A stretch of 64,000 nt of DNA from Candidatus Latescibacterota bacterium (GTDB taxonomy: Bacteria; Latescibacterota; CBDEFO01), in the NCBI GenBank assembly GCA_965248755.1, contig OZ252149.1, positions 2,144,001 through 2,208,000 of the forward strand, in the 5' to 3' direction. Position numbers and translations under genes: made by a program. This document shows positions 27,971 to 38,686 of the stretch, in pieces (within the stretch, counting starts at the first letter, position 1; every line of letters starts with the position of its first letter). The notes under the pieces are model-generated. The model was not told where the DNA came from. It worked only from the letters and a program-made list of their open reading frames with translations, and searched no databases.

Positions 27971-29092
27971 ATGGTAAGCATTTGTCTTCGTGGTGTTACA
28001 AAACGATTCACTGATACCGTAGCAGTGGACAACGTAGATCTGACAATAGAAGAAGGAGAACTCTTTTTCCTTTTGGGACCTTCAGGTTGTGGCAAGACGA
28101 CCATACTCAGGATAATTGCGGGCTTTTACAGCCCTGACGAGGGAGGCATTCTGTTTGACAACAGGGATATAAGCGCTGTTCCGCCGCATAAGCGAAATAC
28201 AGGAATGGTCTTTCAAAACTACGCTTTGTGGCCCCATATGACAGTTTACAAGAATGTAGAGTACGGGCTCAATATGAGGGATGTGTCCAGGGAGAATAAG
28301 GAAACGAGGGTTCAAAGGGCGCTTGAGATAGTCGAAATGGAGCGTTACAGAGAACGCTCCCCGAATCAACTTTCCGGAGGACAACAACAAAGGGTAGCCC
28401 TGGCAAGAGCGCTGGTGATAGAACCTGACGCTGTGCTTATGGACGAGCCGCTTTCCAATCTGGATGCAAAACTGAGGATAGAGATGAGGGAGAGGATAAA
28501 ACGCATCCATCAGGAATTAGGCGTTACCATGGTCTATGTCACACACGATCAGACAGAGGCGCTGTGTATGGCAGATAGGATGGCTGTGATGGATATGGGA
28601 AAGGTGGTTCAGGTGGCGCCTCCCAGAGAGATCTATGCAAGACCAAAGAGCGTCTTTGTAGCTGGATTCATAGGTGAGACGAACTTTATAAAGGGAACGG
28701 TCTCGCAGAGAACGTCTGCTCCCGGACCACAGCAGGAAATCTTTGTGGATACCCCTGTCGGTAAAGTAGTTTCTTCTGTACACAATGGAATTTCCTCGGG
28801 AATTTGCTCGGAGATAGGAGAGGAAGTGACCTGTTCCATCCGACCGGAACTCATCGTGGTATCGGGAGACACAGCAGAATCAGACGTAAACGGAACTACC
28901 ACCCCGAACAAGCTTTCGGGCAAGGTGGAAAGCGTTTTGTACATGGGCGACAACGAGCAGTATTTTGTGAGGCTCAATGACGGAACTTTGTTGAAGGTTG
29001 TAGAGCACAAGCCCGCCGAACAAAAAGCTCTATCCGGTCAAAACGCGAACTTAACTTTCGACCCGAAGGATGTAATAATATTGAAGGAATAG
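27971..29092 (+). CDS. ABC transporter ATP-binding protein (FbpC/PotA family)
   Basis: GPSGCGKT, LSGGQQQRVALARAL, DEPLSNLD and a TOBE-like tail. Confidence 0.93.
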   Translation: MVSICLRGVTKRFTDTVAVDNVDLTIEEGELFFLLGPSGCGKTTILRIIAGFYSPDEGGILFDNRDISAVPPHKRNTGMVFQNYALWPHMTVYKNVEYGLNMRDVSRENKETRVQRALEIVEMERYRERSPNQLSGGQQQRVALARALVIEPDAVLMDEPLSNLDAKLRIEMRERIKRIHQELGVTMVYVTHDQTEALCMADRMAVMDMGKVVQVAPPREIYARPKSVFVAGFIGETNFIKGTVSQRTSAPGPQQEIFVDTPVGKVVSSVHNGISSGICSEIGEEVTCSIRPELIVVSGDTAESDVNGTTTPNKLSGKVESVLYMGDNEQYFVRLNDGTLLKVVEHKPAEQKALSGQNANLTFDPKDVIILKE

Positions 29093-29093
29093 T

Positions 29094-30779
29094 ATGAAAA
29101 GATACGATTTAGATATAAAGACCGTCAGTTTCCTTGTTATCCTGACGATCTTTTTTATTTTATTTTTGTTTTATCCCCTGTCATACGTCTTCAAGAATGC
29201 CTTCTATTCAGACGGTAGCTTCTCTTTAGCGTTCATCAAACTTATATTTGTCAACCCGGTTTTTAGAGAAGCTATAATAAATAGTGTAAATCTGGGAATA
29301 GCAGTCACCATCGCTACGACTTTACTTAGCCTGCCTATGGCGTTTATGCTGGTAAAGTACGATTTCAAAGGCAAAGACCTTTTAAACGGACTTATTTTAG
29401 TTCCTTTAGTTTTGCCCCCTTTTGTGGGAGCTATAGGAATGAAACAGATGTTTTCCCGATTCGGATCTATCAATCTTTTGCTGTTCAAGATAGGACTTAT
29501 AGATTCTCCGATAGACTGGTTCGGCGGCGGCGGATTTTGGGGAGTTGTGATCATAGAGGTACTGCATCTTTATCCTATTATGTATCTGAATGTTGCAGCG
29601 GCTTTAGCCAATATAGATCCGAGTCTGGAGGAGGCAGCAAGGAACGTAGGCGCTTCCGGGTTTAAGCTCTTTCGATCCATCACATTTCCATTGATGCTCC
29701 CCGGGTACTTTGCCGGAGCGATAATAGTCTTTATCTGGGCCTTTACAGACCTTGGAACGCCACTTATATTCGAATATCAAAGAGTCATCCCCGTTCAGAT
29801 ATTCAATATGGTCTCGGACATACACGAAAATCCGATGGGGTACGTTCTGGTGGTCATCGTCATAGCAATCACGGTGATATTCTTCCTTTTGTCCAAGGTG
29901 TTTCTTGGGGGCAGGAGCTATGAGATGATAGCCAGAGGGCATGTGGTCTCCGCAGTTAAGAAGGCGTCCGTCCCGACAGCCTTCCTTATATATGCAGTGA
30001 TGCTGATGATAACTTTTGTGGCTCTTATTCCTCACATAAGCATCTTTTTGACCTCTATTTCCGACAGATGGTTTATGACCATCCTGCCTGAGGAGACGAC
30101 CTTAATGCATTACAAGAGCGTCTTCACACACAAATTGGCTTTGCTTAGCGTGAAGAACAGCTTCCTTTTGAGCATCATGAGCACAGTTGTGGATATAGTG
30201 CTTGGCATAAGCATAGCTTATCTTCTGTCGCGAAAGAATATTCCGTTCAAGAACGTTTTGGATTCCGTATCCATGTTGCCACTGGCACTTCCGGGCCTGG
30301 TTTTAGCTTTTGGATATTTAGCATCCTTTTCAGGCACATTCTTAGACGCAAGGCAAAATCCTATGCCCCTTTTGGTTATAAGCTATGCTGTAAGGAGACT
30401 GCCATTTATGGTGAGATCCGCCTATGCGGGATTTCAGCAGACGAGCATAACTCTCGAGGAGGCATCTCTGAATATGGGAGCAGGTCCTTTTAGGACTTTT
30501 ATAAAGATAACATTCCCACTGATCTTGGCAAATTTAGTTGCGGGAATGGTTTTGTGCTTTTCATTTGCGATGTTGGAGGTCAGCGACAGCCTTATTTTGG
30601 CGTTTAAGGAACAGTACTATCCCATTACCAAAGCGATCTACCATCTACTGGCGCGCATCTCAGACGGGCAGTATATAGCCAGCGCTATGGGGATGTTCGG
30701 GATGATCCTTTTGTCTTTGAGCCTATTTTTGGCGGGGAGATTTCTAGGTCGAAGGATGGGAGAACTGTTTAGGGTTTAG
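29094..30779 (+). CDS. ABC permease, Fe3+/FbpB-type with two EAA loops
   Basis: LEEAARNVGA and LEEASLNMGA motifs; polytopic. Confidence 0.9.
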   Translation: MKRYDLDIKTVSFLVILTIFFILFLFYPLSYVFKNAFYSDGSFSLAFIKLIFVNPVFREAIINSVNLGIAVTIATTLLSLPMAFMLVKYDFKGKDLLNGLILVPLVLPPFVGAIGMKQMFSRFGSINLLLFKIGLIDSPIDWFGGGGFWGVVIIEVLHLYPIMYLNVAAALANIDPSLEEAARNVGASGFKLFRSITFPLMLPGYFAGAIIVFIWAFTDLGTPLIFEYQRVIPVQIFNMVSDIHENPMGYVLVVIVIAITVIFFLLSKVFLGGRSYEMIARGHVVSAVKKASVPTAFLIYAVMLMITFVALIPHISIFLTSISDRWFMTILPEETTLMHYKSVFTHKLALLSVKNSFLLSIMSTVVDIVLGISIAYLLSRKNIPFKNVLDSVSMLPLALPGLVLAFGYLASFSGTFLDARQNPMPLLVISYAVRRLPFMVRSAYAGFQQTSITLEEASLNMGAGPFRTFIKITFPLILANLVAGMVLCFSFAMLEVSDSLILAFKEQYYPITKAIYHLLARISDGQYIASAMGMFGMILLSLSLFLAGRFLGRRMGELFRV

Positions 30780-30790
30780 AAGGGGGAAAA

Positions 30791-32134
30791 ATGAAAATAG
30801 TAGTGGTCGGGGCAGGAACAGTCGGGCGCCGTGTCGCAGAGCATCTATCTAAGGAAGAACACGATATAATCGTCGTTGATAAGAACGAAGAACGCAGACG
30901 CCGTGTCGCAGAACAGATGGATGTTCTGGCAGTAAGGGGGAGCGGAACGAGCACAAAGGTGCTGAAAGATGTCGGGGCAGATGACGCCGACATCTTCTTG
31001 GCTGTTACCGACTCCGACGAGGTGAATATCGTCTCCTGTTTGATCGCCTCAGAGTTCAGCGTAAAGACGAAGGTCGCCAGAGTTCGAAATCCTGAATACT
31101 TTACAGGGTCATCCGCTTTGAGTCCCCAAAAGCTGGATATAGACCTGATGATAAACCCTGAGGAGGAGGCGGCAGAGGAGGCCGTAAGGCTTTTAAAGAT
31201 GTCGGCGGCAACAGACATAGTGGAGTTCGAGGATGGCAAAATACAGCTTATAGGCCTGAAGTTAGACAGGAACTCTCCGATAGTCAACCGAACGCTGAAA
31301 GATATAGGTTCCAGCGTTCCCGGTCTCTATTTTTGGGTAGTCGCCATAAACAGGGCAGAAAGGACGATCATCCCATATGCCGATGACTATCTAAGGATAA
31401 ACGATCAGGTATTTGTGATGGCCGAATCTGAGTCGATAGAGGATGTGGTGAAGCTCACGGGCGAAAGGAGCCACAAACTTCAAAGGGTTATGATACTCGG
31501 CGGCTCTCGAGTGGCAAAAAACGCCGCAAGGCTATTAGCAGACGAAGATCTCCAGGTCAAGATGGTCGAATCGGACAGAGAAAGGTCCCAGTCCCTTGCC
31601 GATGAGATGGACAAAGTCCTGATCCTGCACGGAGACGGGACGGACATAGACCTTTTGGCGAGGGAGGGGATATTGGACATGGACGGCCTGGTGGCAGCAA
31701 CCGACGACCAAGAGACTAATATCCTTGCGTGCCTTTTGGCCAAGCATATAGGCGTAAAGAAAGTCATCACTATTGTGACCCAGCCGCACTATCTACCCCT
31801 GATGCCGAGCATAGGGATAGATGCAGCAGTTGACCCGAACTCCTCAACAGTAAACACAATCTTAAGGTTTGTGCGGCGCGGCAGGATAGTATCAGTGGTG
31901 GGGATAAAGGGTATGGACGCTGAGGTGATAGAACTGATAGCCAACAGGGACTCCAAGATAGTGGGCAAAGCCTTAATAGATGTAAAGTTTCCCAAGGGCG
32001 CGACCTTAGGCATGCTTGTCAAGGATGGGAAGGTGACCTCCCCCAGACCTGATAGCGTAATTGAACCAGATGACAGGGCCGTAATCTTCTCCGTGCCCTC
32101 GGCTATATCTGATGTGGAGAAGATGTTTGCTTAG
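30791..32134 (+). CDS. trkA: Trk potassium uptake NAD-binding subunit
   Basis: Two RCK pairs; MKIVVVGAGTVG; VTDSDEVNIVSC. Confidence 0.93.
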   Translation: MKIVVVGAGTVGRRVAEHLSKEEHDIIVVDKNEERRRRVAEQMDVLAVRGSGTSTKVLKDVGADDADIFLAVTDSDEVNIVSCLIASEFSVKTKVARVRNPEYFTGSSALSPQKLDIDLMINPEEEAAEEAVRLLKMSAATDIVEFEDGKIQLIGLKLDRNSPIVNRTLKDIGSSVPGLYFWVVAINRAERTIIPYADDYLRINDQVFVMAESESIEDVVKLTGERSHKLQRVMILGGSRVAKNAARLLADEDLQVKMVESDRERSQSLADEMDKVLILHGDGTDIDLLAREGILDMDGLVAATDDQETNILACLLAKHIGVKKVITIVTQPHYLPLMPSIGIDAAVDPNSSTVNTILRFVRRGRIVSVVGIKGMDAEVIELIANRDSKIVGKALIDVKFPKGATLGMLVKDGKVTSPRPDSVIEPDDRAVIFSVPSAISDVEKMFA

Positions 32135-32144
32135 CGCAAAACTA

Positions 32145-32173
32145 TTGACAAGTTCGCGCTAAAGTGTTATATT
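32145..32173 (+). promoter_or_regulatory. Sigma70 promoter of tRNA-Leu
   Basis: TTGACA-N17-TATATT. Confidence 0.75.
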
Positions 32174-32200
32174 TTTCTGTGTTGCAAAGTGAGCCGAATA

Positions 32201-32288
<88 letters not shown>

Positions 32289-32324
32289 GCAGATTAGTAG
32301 GATGACCTTACGTAGCGATAACTT

Positions 32325-32420
32325 ATGACTATGACTGATAAGAAGCAATTCCGTTTTGATCGAACAGGATTCTTAGTGCAGCCTGAGGCTTTGAGGTGTA
32401 ATGAAAGGCCGCCATTCTCG
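32325..32420 (+). pseudogene. Possible N-terminal fragment of a PhyH-family gene
   Basis: MTMTDKKQFRFDRTGFLVQPEAL resembles the PhyH start (F..GFLV....L); the similarity is then lost. Confidence 0.4.
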
Positions 32421-32558
32421 AACAGACGTGTCGGTGACATTCCTGCTATGACAGCTACTGATATGATTTACTGCCTTTGAACAAGTGATACTATTCTTAC
32501 ACTTACTGGCTACGAGTTCAAAGTAAGAGATGGGTCGGAAAGCTTGAGATGATTCACA

Positions 32559-33470
32559 ATGAAATACGATGGCGTCAAGCGAACATTTGACTGCGATCCC
32601 AGCCTGAGCGACTCACAGGTTCTGGAATTTTGCAGAAATGGTTTCCTACTTCTTCAAGGCGTTGTCTCTGATGATATTAATCAACGAACATGTGACTATT
32701 TGAACGGAAATATATCTGCTGAACCCAGTTTCATTCCTGAGGGACTCACACGTGAGGATTTGGAGAGAATTCGAAACTCTCGTGGACCAAGCACAATCCT
32801 TCTGGAGGATTGGTTTATTGAGCATGTCCTTCTGAATCCACAAGTAGCAGATGTATTACGGTCGTTACTTGGTAGGAACGTGGGTCTGCCAGTTCTGGTG
32901 AGTAGTCACCGTTTCGAATATCCGGGTACAGCCCAGGCATGGCATCGTGATGCGGACCACATATTTGGTCCTGAAATCATTTTTATCGAAGTCTTTTACT
33001 TTCCCCAGGACACCCCACTTGAGATGGGACCAACTGAGTTGGTCCCAGGGTCGCATATCGGCCTCGCCCGTCCTGATGCGGGAGAAAAAGGCGTTCCAAC
33101 TGAGGGACCCGCCGGGACGATAGGCATACATTCTCAAAGTATTCTACATCGAAAGGGAGAATCCACGGCAGACGGGGTCCGTCACATGCTGAAATACAAT
33201 TACTGGCGAACGGTACCTCCCGAAAGAGAGTGGATTATTGAACCGAACTTTGACTTTCGCACTGCCTATTATGGTGGTCATGGCGTGGCCAGATACTTTG
33301 CTCATATGTTCTATTGGTTGTGCGGAAAGGGAGATGAATATCGGATCATAGGTGGACAAGCGTGGCCTTGCTCAACTGAATACCAAATCGGTCCGTCTTA
33401 TGGATTTTGGAAAAGGGAAGGCTACCTTCCGAACTGGCGAAAGAATAACCCTAACGATTACGCAACTTGA
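32559..33470 (+). CDS. Phytanoyl-CoA dioxygenase (PhyH) family Fe/2OG oxygenase
   Basis: FCRNGFLLLQGV, WHRD, MGPTELVPGSH and a distal ILH. Confidence 0.85.
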   Translation: MKYDGVKRTFDCDPSLSDSQVLEFCRNGFLLLQGVVSDDINQRTCDYLNGNISAEPSFIPEGLTREDLERIRNSRGPSTILLEDWFIEHVLLNPQVADVLRSLLGRNVGLPVLVSSHRFEYPGTAQAWHRDADHIFGPEIIFIEVFYFPQDTPLEMGPTELVPGSHIGLARPDAGEKGVPTEGPAGTIGIHSQSILHRKGESTADGVRHMLKYNYWRTVPPEREWIIEPNFDFRTAYYGGHGVARYFAHMFYWLCGKGDEYRIIGGQAWPCSTEYQIGPSYGFWKREGYLPNWRKNNPNDYAT

Positions 33471-33810
33471 AATTCGCCCTGTACCATTCATGGCCGGTCC
33501 TAGGTTTACTTACGTCAAGCTGCATAACGTTGAAAGCATTGGTGGTATCCGTGAGTCCGCCTGTTCAAGCGAATAACGGGCGGTAAAGTCAGATCGAGAC
33601 CTTTCTGTCTAAACACAGCCATCGGGCGAAAGACCCCACTTTTTGTTGGTCAAGCTATTGCTGGGAAGTATCCATACTTTGCCGTATTATAGCTAGCAAC
33701 GCACGCATCAGGAAACAGCTTTGGGCCACACGGTGCTCCTGCGGGCTTGGATTGAGTAGTAACTAGGCAAGGGGGAGGTTCCCCTGGCTACTCTAAAAGA
33801 AGGGATGTAG

Positions 33811-35103
33811 ATGCTGAAAGTAACGGTCAAAGAGACCAACTCTGTCAAAAGGGAACTGGAGATTGAAGCTCCGCCCGAGAGAGTGCAAAGGGAACTGGAC
33901 AAAGTCTACAAAAAGTACAGAAGGACAGTGCAGATTCCGGGCTTTAGAAAGGGGAAGGTACCTGTAGATATAATTAAGACCCGCCTCGGTAGCGCCATCG
34001 AGGCGGAAGTCTTAAATGACCTTCTGCCCATTTTATACAATGAGGCGATACACTCCCAGGATATAGAACCGGTCAGTCAGGCCTCCATAGATCAGATCCA
34101 GTACGAAGAAGGACAACCGCTCAAGTTCACAGCCTCCGTTGAGGTTAAGCCCGATATAGACCCCCAAGGATATAAAGATATAAGGGTGATTAAGGAGATA
34201 TACGAGGTCGCCGACAAAGATGTTGAGGAGAGGCTGAAATATATTCAGGAAGGACGCTCTTTAGAACAGAGCGTAGAACGCCAGGCAAAGGTGGGAGATC
34301 TTCTGCTTATGGATCTACAGGAGCTTTCTCCTGACGGTGTCCCCCTTGTCGGGGAAAAATCTGAAGACCAGCTCAAACTAATAGGGGGAGAAAACTCCAC
34401 CAGTCGGGATTTTGATAATCAATTAGTTGGAATTAAGAAGGGAGAACAGAGGAAGATAAGGTTCAAGTACAACGAAGACCTGGAAGATAGAAGCCTTGCT
34501 GGCAGAGAGTACCAAGTTCAGGTTGCAGTTAAGGACGTAAAAGAAAGGACAGTCCCCGATTTAGACGAGGAGTTTGCCAAAGATGTGGGTGATTACGCGT
34601 CACTTGAGGATCTAAGAGCTGCTGTTAGGAAGGAATTAGAAAGAGAGGTCAGCTATATCTCAACCGAGAAGATGCAAAACAGTCTAAAAGATCAAATAGT
34701 GGAAGCCAACGACTTTGAAGTCCCCCAGACGATGGTCGAAAGCTATATTGAAGCTTACTTGAGTAACCTGAGAGAAAAATACAAGGACGTTGATGAGGAG
34801 AAGATAAGGAAGCAAGGCCGTGATGAGGCTTTGAAAAGGATCAAGTGGCATGTGCTCTTGGATGCTATCGCCGAAAAAGAAGGCCTTGAGGTTACAGACG
34901 AAGAGGTCGAAAGCAGAGTAAAGGAACTTGCTCAAATTAATAATATGTCACCGTTGGAGATGAGGAGGAGATTGGAAAGGGACAATAGCATAGACAACAT
35001 AAAGTTTGACATGTTGGAAGAAAAGGTTATGTCCGTTTTGATCGACAATGCGGACGTAAAGGAGGAAAAACTCATAAAGGAAAAGAAGATAATTAAGGCT
35101 TGA
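33811..35103 (+). CDS. tig: Trigger factor
   Basis: IPGFRKGKVP signature; upstream of clpP. Confidence 0.95.
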   Translation: MLKVTVKETNSVKRELEIEAPPERVQRELDKVYKKYRRTVQIPGFRKGKVPVDIIKTRLGSAIEAEVLNDLLPILYNEAIHSQDIEPVSQASIDQIQYEEGQPLKFTASVEVKPDIDPQGYKDIRVIKEIYEVADKDVEERLKYIQEGRSLEQSVERQAKVGDLLLMDLQELSPDGVPLVGEKSEDQLKLIGGENSTSRDFDNQLVGIKKGEQRKIRFKYNEDLEDRSLAGREYQVQVAVKDVKERTVPDLDEEFAKDVGDYASLEDLRAAVRKELEREVSYISTEKMQNSLKDQIVEANDFEVPQTMVESYIEAYLSNLREKYKDVDEEKIRKQGRDEALKRIKWHVLLDAIAEKEGLEVTDEEVESRVKELAQINNMSPLEMRRRLERDNSIDNIKFDMLEEKVMSVLIDNADVKEEKLIKEKKIIKA

Positions 35104-35119
35104 AAAGTAGAGGAGAACT

Positions 35120-35734
35120 ATGGCTTTAGTTCCGATGGTAATAGAACAGACGGGCCGCGGCGAAAGGGCAATGGACATCTTCTCCCGTCTTTTGAAGGAG
35201 AGGATTATATTTATAGGGATGCCTATAGACGATACGATAGCCAATTTGGTGATCGCCCAGCTTTTGCTTTTGGCGTCCGAGGACCCCGAAAAGGAAATAT
35301 CAGTCTATATCAACACCCCCGGCGGGTTCGTATCATCTGGGTTAGCTGTATATGATACTATGCAATTCATAAAACCCGACATTTCTACTATATGCATGGG
35401 AGAAGCCGCAAGTATGGGCGCGGTCCTTTTGGCTGCGGGGACCAATGGCAAAAGATTTGCGCTTCCGCACGCAAGGATTATGATGCACCAGCCCTGGGGA
35501 CAGGTCGGAGGTCAGGCCTCAGATATAGATATCCACGCGCAGGAGATAGTCAGAATGCGGCAGAGTCTCAACCAGATCCTATCCGAACACACGGGTCATC
35601 CGATAGAAAAGATCGAAAAGGACACCGACAGGAACTTCTTTATGTCTCCCCAAGAGTCAGTAAAATATGGTCTTATAGATGAAGTCATCTCTACACAGAA
35701 GGAAGATGAAGACGAAATTGAGGACGAAGACTAA
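35120..35734 (+). CDS. clpP: Clp protease proteolytic subunit
   Basis: [19 protein letters not shown] and MMHQP motifs. Confidence 0.97.
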   Translation: MALVPMVIEQTGRGERAMDIFSRLLKERIIFIGMPIDDTIANLVIAQLLLLASEDPEKEISVYINTPGGFVSSGLAVYDTMQFIKPDISTICMGEAASMGAVLLAAGTNGKRFALPHARIMMHQPWGQVGGQASDIDIHAQEIVRMRQSLNQILSEHTGHPIEKIEKDTDRNFFMSPQESVKYGLIDEVISTQKEDEDEIEDED

Positions 35735-35837
35735 GAAAGTAGTGAGAGCTCTTCTCTCTTACCAGTAAATTGTTTACTGTTTGCTTTCTACTAAACTTGG
35801 AGTGTCTGCAAATTTTCACGGTAGAGAAAGGACAGCT

Positions 35838-37079
35838 ATGAGAAAAAGATCTTCAAGGTCGGATGTAAGGTGCTCTTTTTGCGACAAGACTGCAAGTCAG
35901 GTAGATAAGATGATCAGCGGGCCTTCGGTCAGTATTTGCACCGATTGCCTGAGGATCTGCAACGAGATCCTCCTGGAGGAGGATGCCAAGCAAAAGGCGA
36001 TCTTCGCGGATATAACGCTTCCCAAGCCAGCCGAGATAAGAGAGCGTCTGGATGAGTACGTTGTAGGTCAAGAGATGGCGAAGAAGTCTCTGTCTGTGGC
36101 CGTCTATAATCATTACAAGCGCATCGGCAACAGTGCTTCTATGGATGATGTCGAACTTGAAAAGAGTAACATACTCCTTATTGGACCCACCGGGACAGGC
36201 AAAACACTTCTTGCACAGACCCTTGCAAAGATACTCAAGGTGCCCTTCACCATAGTGGATGCGACCACCCTTACTGAGGCGGGATATGTGGGAGAGGACG
36301 TGGAAAACGTACTCGTGAGACTCCTTCAGTCTGCCGATTACAATATTACCAGCGCCGAAAAAGGAATAGCGTATATTGACGAGATAGATAAAATCTCCCG
36401 AAAATCAGTTAATCCCTCTATCACAAGGGACGTTTCGGGAGAGGGTGTCCAACAGGCCCTCTTGAAGATATTAGAGGGAGCGATAGTCAGCGTTCCGCCA
36501 AAAGGTGGGAGGAAGCACCCGGAACAACCGTTAATACAGATCAACACAAAAAACATACTCTTCATCTGCGGCGGAGCTTTCGACGGACTTGAGGACGTCA
36601 TCTCCCACAGGATAGGGAAAAAGACAATAGGCTTCAGGGCAAAGGTGAAAGATAACAGCAAGCAGAGCATAGGAGAGACACTTTCCCAGGTCGAGCCTGA
36701 CGACCTTTTGAAATACGGATTTATACCTGAACTTATAGGGAGGATCCCTATTGTAAGCACACTTGACGATCTGGGCGAAGATGCCCTTCTGGATATACTC
36801 ATAAGGCCCAAAAACGCCATCACTAAACAGTACCGAAAGCTCTTCGACATGGACGGCATAAGGCTTTCGTTTGAGGATAACGCCTTAAAGAAAGTTGTTG
36901 AAATAGCCACGAAGAAGGGCACCGGTGCAAGGGGATTGAGAGCGGTCTTTGAGGATGTGATGCTGGACATTATGTACGAGATCCCATCTATGCACAACGT
37001 CGAAGACGTCGTAATTACTGAGGATGTCATAGAAAAGGGGTCACAGCCGGATTACAGGATAAAGAAGAGGCGAGCTTAG
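35838..37079 (+). CDS. clpX: Clp protease ATPase subunit
   Basis: CSFC zinc finger, GPTGTGKT and [15 protein letters not shown]. Confidence 0.97.
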   Translation: MRKRSSRSDVRCSFCDKTASQVDKMISGPSVSICTDCLRICNEILLEEDAKQKAIFADITLPKPAEIRERLDEYVVGQEMAKKSLSVAVYNHYKRIGNSASMDDVELEKSNILLIGPTGTGKTLLAQTLAKILKVPFTIVDATTLTEAGYVGEDVENVLVRLLQSADYNITSAEKGIAYIDEIDKISRKSVNPSITRDVSGEGVQQALLKILEGAIVSVPPKGGRKHPEQPLIQINTKNILFICGGAFDGLEDVISHRIGKKTIGFRAKVKDNSKQSIGETLSQVEPDDLLKYGFIPELIGRIPIVSTLDDLGEDALLDILIRPKNAITKQYRKLFDMDGIRLSFEDNALKKVVEIATKKGTGARGLRAVFEDVMLDIMYEIPSMHNVEDVVITEDVIEKGSQPDYRIKKRRA

Positions 37080-37190
37080 TACAAGCATGAAGCAGACAGT
37101 AGTTAGGAGCAAAGAGAGGCCCTGTCTACTATTAGTATCCGGGGTTGTCATACGGAGTCTACGCTTGATCCCGGATATTTTTATAAGGTT

Positions 37191-37775
37191 ATGAAAATAG
37201 TATCTGCGGAGTTTGTAAGATCGTTTTACACAGTTGATGACCTTCCCTGCGGATATCTCCCGGAAGTCGCCTTTTCAGGCAGGTCGAACGTCGGGAAATC
37301 CTCCATGATAAATGTCCTGTTAAGGCGCAAGAACCTTGCCAAAACGAGTTCTACACCCGGTAAGACAAGATCCTTAAACTACTACAGAATCGATAATAAA
37401 TTACACCTTGTCGATCTTCCAGGATATGGATTTTCAAAGGCCCCCAAATTTGAAAGGGCACAGTGGGGAGATCTGGTTGAGCCCTATCTGCTCGAAAGGA
37501 AAAATCTCAAGGGTATAATCCAACTGATAGATGCAAGACACGATCCGCAGAAGAACGACCTGAAGATGATGGAATGGCTCCTTTACTACAAGAAGCCATT
37601 CCTTTTAGTTTTGACAAAATCTGACAAAGTCTCAAAAAATGATCTTCAACTGCAGAAGGACACCTTTGGAGAACTGTTACACGAACTCGAGACTTCTCCT
37701 GTTGTACCCTTTTCAGCCAGGACGAAAGACGGAAAAAACTTTGTGTGGGATTGGATCAGAAATGTCGTAAAATAG
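37191..37775 (+). CDS. engB: Ribosome biogenesis GTPase YihA/YsxC
   Basis: GRSNVGKS, DLPGYG and TKSDK motifs. Confidence 0.95.
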   Translation: MKIVSAEFVRSFYTVDDLPCGYLPEVAFSGRSNVGKSSMINVLLRRKNLAKTSSTPGKTRSLNYYRIDNKLHLVDLPGYGFSKAPKFERAQWGDLVEPYLLERKNLKGIIQLIDARHDPQKNDLKMMEWLLYYKKPFLLVLTKSDKVSKNDLQLQKDTFGELLHELETSPVVPFSARTKDGKNFVWDWIRNVVK

Positions 37776-37833
37776 GGTAAAGTAGCCAGTAGACGAGACA
37801 ACCCTGTCCTACTCCCAACGAAAGGATATTCAG

Positions 37834-38622
37834 ATGATAAAGAATAAGGTAAAATGGGACCTCAAGGATGGGAAGACTTCGATAGGTACATTTCTTAACC
37901 TTATGAAAGACCCCGAGGCTGTAAGGATTTTGGGCGACGCTGGCTTTGACTTTTTCGTTGTGGACGCAGAGCATTCTCCGTATAATGAGGACACAGCCAG
38001 GCTGCTGATGAAGGAGGGAAGAGCTACAGGGATTATGCCATTTATGAGAGTCCCAGATCCCATCTATCACTTTTTGGCAAGGGCATTAGATTCGGGGGCT
38101 ATGGGGCTTATTATTCCGAGAGTTGAGACGAAGGAGCAGGTCGAAAGAATAATCGAATCTACCAAGTTTCCGCCCTGGGGGAGGAGGGGCTCGGCGCTCA
38201 GACCCGTGGCTTTGGACTACGAGAGCACTCCCGTGCAGGATTACATAGTGCAGGCAAATCGCGAGACGATGATCGCAATTCAGATAGAAAGCTCAACTGC
38301 GATTGAAAGGATAGACGATCTTCTGTCTGTGGAGGGCGTGGACGCCGCATTTATCGGACCCAACGACCTTTCGATCAACCTCGGGATCCCCGGAAAGCAG
38401 GGAGACCCCAAAATGTTCGAGTGCGTCAAAGAGGTTATAGAGGCCTGTAAAAGGCATGACGCAGTACCCGGCTGTCAGCAAAACGACCTGGAATTGCTTA
38501 TAGAGTGGATGAAGATGGGAATAACGATGGCAAGCTATGGTAGTGAGGTCGTTCATCTTAAAACAGGGGCCGAAATGAAGGCTCGAAAGATGCGGCAAGC
38601 GGCCGTAGGGGCGCACTCCTGA
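37834..38622 (+). CDS. HpcH/HpaI aldolase family protein
   Basis: DAEHSP, QIES and FIGPNDLS motifs. Confidence 0.9.
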   Translation: MIKNKVKWDLKDGKTSIGTFLNLMKDPEAVRILGDAGFDFFVVDAEHSPYNEDTARLLMKEGRATGIMPFMRVPDPIYHFLARALDSGAMGLIIPRVETKEQVERIIESTKFPPWGRRGSALRPVALDYESTPVQDYIVQANRETMIAIQIESSTAIERIDDLLSVEGVDAAFIGPNDLSINLGIPGKQGDPKMFECVKEVIEACKRHDAVPGCQQNDLELLIEWMKMGITMASYGSEVVHLKTGAEMKARKMRQAAVGAHS

Positions 38623-38686
38623 ACAAGTCTACAGCATATCAATATCCTTCCCTTTAGAGTGTCTACTTGTAGAGGCAAGGGACAAT

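Noticed and set aside
27971..30779. ABC importer lacking a binding-protein gene as a novelty
   Set aside because: Binding proteins are often encoded elsewhere, so this is uninformative within one window.
36338..37030. 230-aa antisense ORF and similar short overlapping ORFs throughout the track
   Set aside because: They lie opposite or inside well-supported genes and have no independent signals.
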